A DNA stretch of 44,536 nucleotides from the IMG/VR virus record IMGVR_UViG_3300025294_000010, positions 1 to 44,536 of that record; one strand, 5' to 3'. A program made the translations under genes and the position numbers. Source of the stretch: a virus. Position 1 is the first letter of the stretch. Each line of letters starts with the position of its first letter. The notes beneath the pieces are model-generated. The model had not been told where the DNA came from. It did not search any database and saw only the letters and a list, made by a program, of their open reading frames with translations. Below are positions 31,676-37,745 of the stretch, one piece after another.

Positions 31676-31952
31676 GGCTGAATCCTTGGTCGATGCGCGC
31701 AAGCTCGCGCCGGTTGTCGTTCTCGATGACCTGCCGATGCGGTTCCCGAAGCATCTGCGAAACGTAGTCGGCCATGGATTCGCCGGGGTCGCCCGACAGT
31801 TCCAGCAGGTCGGCCACCATCTGACAGGCCCACGCGTCTTTGCTGACCATGTAGAGCAATTCGGCGGACTGCCGGCGCTCCCACGGCATCGGCTGCTTAC
31901 GCCTGAACAGGCGGCGCCAGCGTTGAATGATTCTGCTGATAGCGTCAGCCAT
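31662..31952 (-). CDS. Hypothetical protein
   Basis: 96 aa from ATG 31952, with an 8-nt overlap with the upstream stop. The track start at 32033 lies inside the upstream CDS. Confidence 0.6.
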   Translation of the reverse strand: MADAISRIIQRWRRLFRRKQPMPWERRQSAELLYMVSKDAWACQMVADLLELSGDPGESMADYVSQMLREPHRQVIENDNRRELARIDQGFSHDHR

Positions 31953-32139
31953 TCCCGCTCCCCTTGTTCTGGTCAGCCCCGGACGATTCGTGGATCGGAT
32001 CGCGATCTTCGGGGTCAGCCGGGGACAGTTCATCCCAGCGGCAGCGCGGGCACTGGCCTACGTCGTCGGTAAGCGTGCCGACGTAACCGCACATGCCACA
32101 CTTTCTGCGCACGTTGGTTTCGATCAGGTCGCCCATCAC
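31945..32139 (-). CDS. Zinc-ribbon mini-protein
   Basis: 64 aa. CGMCGYVGTLTDDVGQCPRC is a CxxC-x14-CxxC motif. The start has an ATGA overlap. Confidence 0.65.
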   Translation of the reverse strand: MMGDLIETNVRRKCGMCGYVGTLTDDVGQCPRCRWDELSPADPEDRDPIHESSGADQNKGSGNG

Positions 32140-32669
32140 ACCTTCCCCTTGTTCTGGTCTGACATGGCGGCCATCACACGACGAGCGAGACTGCGGTAAT
32201 ACTCGCGGTCCGGGCCTTCATGCTCGATGCCAGCGATCTTCCACGGCTCATCCGTAGCTTCCTCGTACAGCAGGGCCGCGATACGCTCCGCATCCTGCGT
32301 ATTCCGCGCATCCTCCGCCCCAGCGCTTACGGGGCGACCTATCTTTTCACCATGCGCGGTCAGGTAGTCGTAACGTGCCCGGCAGCACGCCACGGTCGTG
32401 TAGTCGGAACCACAAAAGTCGCAACGGGCAACACCAGCGCCGCCGTTGGGCTGGTGGCGGGTGTTCAGTGCCTCCTCGATCACGTCAAGGCAGTTGATGG
32501 CCGCTTTTCGGTCAACCTCACTTGAGAAGCTGGCTTTTGACAGATACTGGCGCAAGTTTCGGCGCGCCACTTCGAGCATGTATTCAGACATTGAGGGCCA
32601 CCCAAAATGAAGCTGCTGCGATGAGGAGGTAGGAAAGCAGGAACATGCGCATGTGTCGGCATTGCTCAC
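32136..32669 (-). CDS. Hypothetical Cys-containing protein (start GTG 32669 or, more likely, ATG 32591)
   Basis: The ORF is open from 32669. The region 32592..32669 has weak GC3 bias, so MSEYMLEVARRN... (151 aa) is the safer product. It contains a CDFCGSDYTTVACC cluster. Confidence 0.6.
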   Translation of the reverse strand: MSNADTCACSCFPTSSSQQLHFGWPSMSEYMLEVARRNLRQYLSKASFSSEVDRKAAINCLDVIEEALNTRHQPNGGAGVARCDFCGSDYTTVACCRARYDYLTAHGEKIGRPVSAGAEDARNTQDAERIAALLYEEATDEPWKIAGIEHEGPDREYYRSLARRVMAAMSDQNKGKV

Positions 32670-32683
32670 ACGGCTTCAGTTCT

Positions 32684-33307
32684 TCAGCCACGGTCGGCTC
32701 CTTGCTGGTTGATGATTTCCAACAGGCTGGTCAGCTTGTCCCACTGCCATTGATCCTCGGGATCGAAGTCATTGGGTCGGAATGCGCCAATCTGCGAACG
32801 CGCGGCGCGAATGCATTCGGCATACGAATCCACGTTGACTCTCGGGTCGCTTCCGATCTGGCTCAGCTCATCCACCCCAGCGCGGGCGGTGGCGGGGTGG
32901 GTGTAGACGGGGACAACAACCTCGTCATCGGCAACAACGTTTCCCGGCTCCCGCGCCATGCACGCGACGGTATTGCCATTACGCTGGATAAGCCACGCCA
33001 CCGCCCCCCCACCCCCAGCCATGCGAGCGGCGAGGGCGGAGGCAGTGTAGAGTTTCGTGCCGCGCGGCAAATCTTCAACACCATCCGCAAGGTATCCCCA
33101 CATTTCCGTGGTGCCTTTCGGCGTCAGTCGGCGTCCCGAATACGTGACCACCGGATCCCCGCCAACGCTCGACAGGAAGGCGGTGAGGGCGGCGCGCATG
33201 CCTTCCAGTAGAACAACGTCTGCGTCTGGATTTCCGCCAACTGCGCGCATCCTGGCGAGGCTGGCCTCCAGCGCCACCCGCACCTGGTCGTCTGTGATCT
33301 GGCTCAT
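32684..33307 (-). CDS. Hypothetical protein
   Basis: 207 aa from ATG 33307 (ATGA overlap). The track start at 33394 lies inside the upstream CDS. Confidence 0.65.
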   Translation of the reverse strand: MSQITDDQVRVALEASLARMRAVGGNPDADVVLLEGMRAALTAFLSSVGGDPVVTYSGRRLTPKGTTEMWGYLADGVEDLPRGTKLYTASALAARMAGGGGAVAWLIQRNGNTVACMAREPGNVVADDEVVVPVYTHPATARAGVDELSQIGSDPRVNVDSYAECIRAARSQIGAFRPNDFDPEDQWQWDKLTSLLEIINQQGADRG

Positions 33308-33597
33308 TCCTGCGGCTCCTTGGAAAGCTCGGCCAGGAGGGCGTCTGCGTATTCTGCTGCCGACTTGGCGATGTAGGCGCCGGTGTCGATGCATTTTTCT
33401 TTGCAGACAAGCTCTACCGCCTGAATTACCTCCACGCTACCCGTAACGCCAGTAACGATTGCCTGCATCGCAATCGCCGCGAACAGCTCGCGCTTGGTGA
33501 GGCCTGGATGCTGCCACGTGTGCGTGCTGTTCTGATATCCACCATTCTCGCCAAGCGTTACCGGCATTGCCGGCATGTCTCCGTGGTTCGTCTTCAT
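33304..33597 (-). CDS. Hypothetical protein with GLTKRELFAA motif
   Basis: 97 aa from ATG 33597 (ATGA overlap). The upstream part of track ORF 33304..33828 is an Arg/Gly-rich out-of-context frame that overlaps the membrane-protein gene. Confidence 0.65.
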   Translation of the reverse strand: MKTNHGDMPAMPVTLGENGGYQNSTHTWQHPGLTKRELFAAIAMQAIVTGVTGSVEVIQAVELVCKEKCIDTGAYIAKSAAEYADALLAELSKEPQE

Positions 33598-33821
33598 GCC
33601 TTCTCTCCCATCCCAACAAAGAAGCTGCCAGTGGCAGCGATCAGCAGACCCGCAGCGCCGGCCACCATCGGGCCGAACACGAAGACCGCCAGCCCGGTGA
33701 AGAACGACTCCTTCACCGCGATCACCACGCCTAGGAACATCGCGACGGTGGATCCCAGGCCGCCGACCAGCCATGCCAGCGCGATCAGTATCACACCGAT
33801 CCCCATCATCATAAATTTCAT
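33594..33821 (-). CDS. Small integral membrane protein
   Basis: 75 aa, almost entirely hydrophobic (GIGVILIALAWLVGGLG, VAMFLGVVIAV, LAVFVFGPMVAGAAGLLIAA). The start has an ATGA overlap. Confidence 0.7.
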   Translation of the reverse strand: MKFMMMGIGVILIALAWLVGGLGSTVAMFLGVVIAVKESFFTGLAVFVFGPMVAGAAGLLIAATGSFFVGMGEKA

Positions 33822-34138
33822 TTGCCACCTTCCAGGGTGAGTTCGCCAGTCGGAATTTTCATCAGCTTGCGGTCGATTCGGTACTCGACCTCTCGGGTAT
33901 GGTCGACCTCCCCGTCGAACTCATACGTCATGGCCCCGGCCTTGACGGCGCAGTGCGTGCCCGAGTCAGTGAGCGTGAGCGTGACGAAGCGGTGCCCGGT
34001 CTGTAGCGCCCAGGCGATGACGTGGTCCGGCACCTTGATGCAGCGCCAGCGGTCGCCCAGCAGCGCGTGGCCGGCGGCCAGCTGCGCCACGGTGTCGGAG
34101 AGAAGGATGGTGGGAAGGCGGGTGGAGAAGTCAGTCAT
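33818..34138 (-). CDS. Hypothetical protein
   Basis: 106 aa. ATG 34138 overlaps the upstream stop by 8 nt (ATGACTGA). Confidence 0.65.
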   Translation of the reverse strand: MTDFSTRLPTILLSDTVAQLAAGHALLGDRWRCIKVPDHVIAWALQTGHRFVTLTLTDSGTHCAVKAGAMTYEFDGEVDHTREVEYRIDRKLMKIPTGELTLEGGK

Positions 34139-34274
34139 TGCGAACCCCGATGAGGAAGCCGGCGGTGAAGCTGGTGAGGATGGTGAAGGGCCATGGCGAG
34201 ACGCCGATGGCGAAGGCGGCAGGCAGGAGGGTTAGGCACAAGGCGCGTGCCACGCGGTCGCGGCGGGTGATCAC
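34131..34274 (-). CDS. Membrane mini-protein (47 aa)
   Basis: GTG 34274 overlaps the upstream TGA (GTGA). It has a hydrophobic core (LCLTLLPAAFAIGVSPWPFTILTSFTAGFLIG) and its codons are GC3-rich. Confidence 0.5.
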   Translation of the reverse strand: MITRRDRVARALCLTLLPAAFAIGVSPWPFTILTSFTAGFLIGVRND

Positions 34275-34492
34275 GGCAGCCACCCCCGCGGTCCGATGCT
34301 CCGGCGCAGCCATGCTGCGTGTGCCGCCTTGGGATCGGCACGCCAGCAGGGCTTGGTGCCCATGACCCAGCGGCGGACCTGGGCCAGGTTGGACAGCTGG
34401 CGATCCACCGGGCCGGTCTGCGGCAGCGGGAAGATGTTGCGCGCGGCCAGCAGCCGGCGGCGGTGGTGCTTGATGGGGGCCGGGACGGTCAT
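34271..34492 (-). CDS. Hypothetical basic protein
   Basis: 73 aa from ATG 34492 (ATGA overlap). GC3 is very high in this frame, whereas the competing frame 34131..34499 is Pro/Gly/Ala junk. Confidence 0.6.
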   Translation of the reverse strand: MTVPAPIKHHRRRLLAARNIFPLPQTGPVDRQLSNLAQVRRWVMGTKPCWRADPKAAHAAWLRRSIGPRGWLP

Positions 34493-34662
34493 GCTCCACC
34501 CCACATGCGCAGCTCGTACGCCTCGTTGTCGCGTTCCAGGCCGGCGGTGGTCATGCCACAGTGCATGCCGGTGTAGGCCCAGCTGATCGCGTCCAGGCTG
34601 ATGTGGTCATAGCCCAGCATCACCAGGCAGCGAATCACATGCAGGTAGGTCGCCCTAGTCAT
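34489..34662 (-). CDS. Hypothetical mini-protein
   Basis: 57 aa from ATG 34662, with an 8-nt overlap with the upstream stop. Confidence 0.5.
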   Translation of the reverse strand: MTRATYLHVIRCLVMLGYDHISLDAISWAYTGMHCGMTTAGLERDNEAYELRMWGGA

Positions 34663-34816
34663 GGTCCGACTCCCAACGGTTGCCGCAGACGGTGCGCCCG
34701 AAGGCTTCCTCACGCATGAAGGCGGTGCGGTCCTGCCACGCCAGGTAGCGCAGCGGGGCGATGGCGCGGCCGATGCCGTAGGCGATGACGGCGGCGCAGA
34801 TGATGATGGCGGTCAC
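34655..34816 (-). CDS. Membrane mini-protein (53 aa)
   Basis: GTG 34816 overlaps the upstream TGA (GTGA), and GGAGGAAA lies 6 nt upstream. It has an N-terminal TM helix (AIIICAAVIAYGIGRAIA). Confidence 0.55.
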   Translation of the reverse strand: MTAIIICAAVIAYGIGRAIAPLRYLAWQDRTAFMREEAFGRTVCGNRWESDHD

Positions 34817-35073
34817 GGCTGTTTCCTCCGGTTGCGGTAGCGTGGATTGATGGCGCCGATGCGGTCGCCGGTGAATGCGTCGCGGTAGATGGCACGCGCT
34901 CCGGCATATGCCCTGGCGTCCACCTCCTGAAACCAAAGCTTGGTTCCGAATTCGTGGTTGAACGGCGGGTTCCAGTCCGGGCCGCGGACCCAAGCCTGCT
35001 TCCCGACGAAGGCCCCCGGCCGCCAGTTCCACCTGGCCGAGCGGTATAGGGCGCGCCACTGTTCCTTGTTCAT
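34813..35073 (-). CDS. Hypothetical Trp/Arg-rich protein
   Basis: 86 aa from ATG 35073 (ATGA overlap). The track start at 35289 lies inside upstream genes. Confidence 0.6.
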   Translation of the reverse strand: MNKEQWRALYRSARWNWRPGAFVGKQAWVRGPDWNPPFNHEFGTKLWFQEVDARAYAGARAIYRDAFTGDRIGAINPRYRNRRKQP

Positions 35074-35264
35074 GACCGCCCCCCGAAGCCGGCCAGGACG
35101 GCAAGCACCAGCAGCGCGACGGCCAGCCAGCCGACCCAGCGCGGGACGTAGGCGCGCGGCGCCCAGGTCCACAGGGTGCACGGCATGGCGCGCTCGACCT
35201 CCCAGCAGACGGCCATGGCCAGCTTCCGGTCGGGCTTGCCCCAAGGGATGGGATGGAGGGTCAC
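35070..35264 (-). CDS. Mini-protein with C-terminal TM helix
   Basis: 64 aa from GTG 35264 (GTGA overlap). The C-terminus is WVGWLAVALLVLAVLAGFGG. Confidence 0.5.
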   Translation of the reverse strand: MTLHPIPWGKPDRKLAMAVCWEVERAMPCTLWTWAPRAYVPRWVGWLAVALLVLAVLAGFGGRS

Positions 35265-35623
35265 GACTCCCTCCCCTTCCAGTAGGCAACGAATTCGGCG
35301 AACGATCGCGCCTCCATGTCGCCGGCCCACACTTGCTTGCGGTTGAAGCAAATGAAGGTCAGCGGGTGTTCGTTGTCGCACAGCTCGCCGACCGACAGGC
35401 CGTAGCCGGTTTCCTCGTCGCGCCCCGGCTTGGTCAGCTGGTCGACCACGATGCGGCGACCATATGCCGGGTCATCCCAGCGGCCGCGGGCGGCTTCCAG
35501 TGCTTCGGCCAGGTCACTGAGCCGGCTTTCACCGCCCCAGTGTGAGTACAGCACCATGCAGCCTTCGATGCTGGCATCGCCAGCGGGCTTGTCAGTGAAA
35601 ACGAAGTTGCAGCGGTCGCCCAT
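35261..35623 (-). CDS. Hypothetical protein (LYSHWGGE motif)
   Basis: 120 aa from ATG 35623, with a GGAGAA RBS. It is preceded by a 50-nt gap containing (CACCAA)x3. Confidence 0.65.
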   Translation of the reverse strand: MGDRCNFVFTDKPAGDASIEGCMVLYSHWGGESRLSDLAEALEAARGRWDDPAYGRRIVVDQLTKPGRDEETGYGLSVGELCDNEHPLTFICFNRKQVWAGDMEARSFAEFVAYWKGRES

Positions 35624-35673
35624 TTCAGTTCTCCAGTGTGTTGGTGTTGGTGTTGGTGAGCGGCAGATGGTGG

Positions 35674-36000
35674 TCACGCACCCCCGACGCTGGCGAGGGC
35701 GGCATCGAAGTCGAGCAACCACGACTCGAACCGGCCGCCGGTACGCAGCGAAGCCCACGTCGCGAGGTCTCCATTCAGGTGCAGGCCATTCACGCCATCG
35801 CTGTTGTCGATGACGGCAGCAACTGCCTCCAGACCCTTGCGCAGCGCATCGCGCTCGGCGATCAGCTCGGCCACGACATCGCGGGCTTCCTCCATGGACT
35901 CGACGTATGCCCCGCCGTTCGGGATCAGGATGTTGTTGATCGCGTCATCCATCACCGCCAGCACATCGACCGGGGCGCCGGTCACGCCGGGGGCGGTCAT
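35674..36000 (-). CDS. Hypothetical acidic protein
   Basis: 108 aa from ATG 36000 (ATGA overlap). Confidence 0.6.
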   Translation of the reverse strand: MTAPGVTGAPVDVLAVMDDAINNILIPNGGAYVESMEEARDVVAELIAERDALRKGLEAVAAVIDNSDGVNGLHLNGDLATWASLRTGGRFESWLLDFDAALASVGGA

Positions 36001-36347
36001 GCCGCCACCTGCTGGCGGTCCAGCCACTGCCGGGCCGCTTCCTTTGCGAGGCAAACGCCGTGGGACGTGGTGTAGTAATCGCCGGCCTTGCGGAACCCGG
36101 CGCTGCCCGGAAGCTGCGGCACAAGCCGGTCCCAGCGGGAAAGCGGGATGTCGTTCATGTGCGGATCCGTGGATGCCCGCAGGGTGTCCGCACCGATAGC
36201 CGCGACAACGCGCGAGATGGTGGATTCGGTGACGAACTGGCCGAAGTAAGCGCGATGCGCGGCGTGGCCGTCCTCACGCGATGCTTCCATGTATTCGGAT
36301 CGAGTCATCAGTGCACCGGGCTGGGCATAGATGGTGGGCTTGCTCAT
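35997..36347 (-). CDS. Hypothetical protein
   Basis: 116 aa, matching the full track ORF, in a GC3-rich frame. Confidence 0.65.
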   Translation of the reverse strand: MSKPTIYAQPGALMTRSEYMEASREDGHAAHRAYFGQFVTESTISRVVAAIGADTLRASTDPHMNDIPLSRWDRLVPQLPGSAGFRKAGDYYTTSHGVCLAKEAARQWLDRQQVAA

Positions 36348-36376
36348 GAGGGTGTCTCCGGGTGGGTGGGAATGGG

Positions 36377-36598
36377 TTACAGGCCAAGCTCGGCCAGCAG
36401 CTGCTCGTCGGACATGGCCGACAGGGCCACCTCCTCCGGCAGGCCCAGGAAACGGCGTTCGGCAGCGATCTCCCGCTCAAGCTGGGCGATCCACACCTGC
36501 CGCAGCTCCAGCTCGCTGGGACGGCAGTCGTGGGCGCGCGCCACTTCCCGCGCCAGGCGCTCCTGAAGGGCATGCAGGTGGGTTAGGTCGGTGGTCAT
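36377..36598 (-). CDS. Hypothetical protein, first gene of the leftward small-ORF operon
   Basis: 73 aa from ATG 36598. The longer track start at 36643 would lie upstream of the predicted transcription start. Confidence 0.6.
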   Translation of the reverse strand: MTTDLTHLHALQERLAREVARAHDCRPSELELRQVWIAQLEREIAAERRFLGLPEEVALSAMSDEQLLAELGL

Positions 36599-36641
36599 GT
36601 GAGGCGGTCCAGGTAGATCCGGCGATGCGGCGAGTGGGACC

Positions 36642-36670
36642 ATTATTCAAACGAATCCGGCCTCGATCAA
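36642..36670 (-). promoter_or_regulatory. Sigma70-type promoter for the leftward small-ORF operon
   Basis: On the minus strand: TTGATC (36670..36665), an exact 17-nt spacer, then AATAAT (36647..36642). This places a start near 36635, about 36 nt upstream of ATG 36598. The -10 and spacer coincide with one ATTATTCAAACGA repeat copy. Confidence 0.55.
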
Positions 36671-36773
36671 CACTACGGATGGAATTATTCGTTCCATGGA
36701 TAGAACAGTCTCCGATGGTCACGCCACCAGGTGGCCCAATTACTCAAACGAACACGTATTCGTCGTTATTAAG

Positions 36774-36825
36774 ATTTGTAGCACATGTGACACGCCGGCC
36801 CATACCTGTCACACCTGCTACAAAT
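36774..36825. promoter_or_regulatory. 19-bp-arm inverted repeat (operator or origin-like element A)
   Basis: ATTTGTAGCACATGTGACA (36774..36792), a 14-bp GC-rich spacer, then TGTCACACCTGCTACAAAT (36807..36825). 17 of 19 arm positions are complementary. Confidence 0.7.
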
Positions 36826-36874
36826 CTAAATAACTTTTGTGATTGAGCGTGGCTTCGATCAAGTTAAATAGGGG

Positions 36875-37003
36875 GATAACGATTCGAATAGCAGATGTGA
36901 CTTTCAGGAAAGTAAAATTTGGAAAAAACACTTACCCTATGGTCAACTACACACACACGTGTCTAGGAATTTTTCAGTCACACCTGTTATTCGAATCGAT
37001 AAC
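36875..37003. promoter_or_regulatory. 28-bp-arm inverted repeat with 73-bp AT-rich spacer (element B)
   Basis: GATAACGATTCGAATAGCAGATGTGACT (36875..36902) versus the reverse complement of AGTCACACCTGTTATTCGAATCGATAAC (36976..37003) gives 24 of 28 identical. The spacer contains an A6 run and the palindrome ACACGTGT (36955..36962). Confidence 0.7.
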
Positions 37004-37050
37004 CCATTTCGGCATCCGAAGCCTTGCTCGTTTGAGTAATTCGGGTTACC

Positions 37051-37455
37051 ATGAGCGCCATGGCCCGACCGACCGTTCCCTACAACCCCGAGCTTGCCGA
37101 GGCGATCCTGGCCGAGCTGCAGGCCGGGGTGAAGCTGTGCGAGCTGAAGCGCCTGGGCGCGGTGCCGACCTGGCACGTCCTGAAGCGCTGGCGTGCGCAG
37201 GTGCCGAAGTTCGATTACTATTTCCGCCTGTACTCGCATCGGAAGCTCCCCGTGGGAGACACGCCGAGCGAGCTACTGTTCCAGCTGGACGTGGATCGGG
37301 CGCTCAAGGCCAGGGGCTTTGCGTACCGGCGCTGGGATGAGGTTGAGGAGCAGATGCGGCTCGGGATGGGCCGCGGAGAGCGCCTGATCGACGTTGATGG
37401 CTTGGCTGAGGCTGGGGCGCGGTTCGACCCCGAGGACCCGGAGAGCGCGTTTTGA
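37051..37455 (+). CDS. HTH protein related to the N-terminal DNA-binding domain of the TerS-like protein
   Basis: 134 aa. PELAEAILAELQAGVKLCELKRLGAVPTWHVLKRWRAQVPKF aligns by eye with LEQAEQILMHLAQGQRITHIAAMPDIPAYWVIAKWKREHPWF of 37742..38335. There is no clear SD, and the start could also be ATG 37060. Confidence 0.65.
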   Translation: MSAMARPTVPYNPELAEAILAELQAGVKLCELKRLGAVPTWHVLKRWRAQVPKFDYYFRLYSHRKLPVGDTPSELLFQLDVDRALKARGFAYRRWDEVEEQMRLGMGRGERLIDVDGLAEAGARFDPEDPESAF

Positions 37456-37465
37456 GTGACATGCG

Positions 37466-37552
37466 GCGCAGGTCAGGTGAGGGTGCCGGCATCGCCGGCG
37501 CGGCCGGTTCGAGTCCGGACGGAAACAGGCGGTTCGAATCCGCCCCTGCGCT
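37466..37552 (+). ncRNA. tRNA-like element (canonical acceptor stem and T-arm, non-canonical D region)
   Basis: GCGCAGG (37466..37472) pairs perfectly with CCTGCGC (37545..37551). The T-arm is GGCGG-TTCGAAT-CCGCC (37528..37544). There are two further hairpins: GCCGG-CATCG-CCGGC (37485..37499) and CCGG-TTCGAGT-CCGG (37504..37518). A 12-nt linker takes the place of a normal D-arm junction, and no CCA is encoded. Confidence 0.55.
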
Positions 37553-37598
37553 TTCCCGCCTGCCTGGCTTCAGGGAGGTGGCGGAGATCCCGCCAGGC

Positions 37599-37745
37599 AT
37601 GGGCGGCGTCGGACAGCCGGCATTCGTGCACCACATGGCCGGGACCACGCTCACGGTCGAGGGCGGCAGGCTGAGCTATGCGCTGTCACTCCGCCAGAGA
37701 CGCCTGGCAATCCACCGCCGCCGCGCCGCCAGGGGCCGCCAGTGA
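37599..37745 (+). CDS. Possible 48-aa arginine-rich peptide
   Basis: ATG 37599 has a GGAGA 11 nt upstream. GC3 is about 87 percent by my count, and the stop overlaps the GTG start of the next gene (GTGA). The C-terminus is LRQRRLAIHRRRAARGRQ. Its small size makes the call tentative. Confidence 0.35.
   Translation: MGGVGQPAFVHHMAGTTLTVEGGRLSYALSLRQRRLAIHRRRAARGRQ

Larger units (their letters stand above)
36642..37041. repeat. Three copies of ATTAYTCAAACGA in the control region
   Basis: ATTATTCAAACGA at 36642..36654 and AATTACTCAAACGA at 36738..36751 are direct copies. TCGTTTGAGTAATT at 37028..37041 is inverted and is a 14/14 reverse complement of the second copy, ending 10 nt before ATG 37051. 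Confidence 0.7.

Noticed and set aside
32584-32652. A 22-codon hydrophobic ORF (MRMFLLSYLLIAAASFWVALNV) on the minus strand whose stop overlaps ATG 32591.
   Set aside because: It has no RBS and only moderate GC3 (about 68 percent by my count), and it is too short to support from sequence alone. The region may simply be an untranslated spacer.
35638-35658. A hexamer microsatellite, GTGTTG x3.5 (CACCAA on the coding strand), in the 50-nt gap upstream of gene 35261..35623.
   Set aside because: It is short and isolated, with no second copy elsewhere in the window. It may affect local translation or phase, but there is no evidence for that.
37024-37052. A rightward promoter TTGCTC-17-TACCAT that would make the 37051 gene leaderless from ATG 37060.
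   Set aside because: Both hexamers are weak and the -10 overlaps the annotated ATG. This cannot be supported without 5'-end data.
36843-37340. A 165-aa ORF starting with TTG and running through the AT-rich control region into gene 37051.
   Set aside because: Its 5' two-fifths are repeat-dense AT-rich DNA with no codon bias. Its 3' part is an alternative frame of the HTH gene, and no RBS is present.
37416-37432. A further GGTTCGA-containing T-loop-like string (gcgcggttcgaccccga) upstream of the tRNA-like element.
   Set aside because: It lies inside the well-supported CDS 37051..37455 (encoding GARFDPE), and no complementary acceptor strand flanks it. It is probably chance.
37500-37552. Interpretation of the T-arm-like sequences as a phage attP core copied from a host tRNA 3' end.
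   Set aside because: No integrase or excisionase is present, and the matching 5' acceptor strand (GCGCAGG) is also present, which an attP core does not need. The idea is kept as an alternative to test rather than as the main reading.
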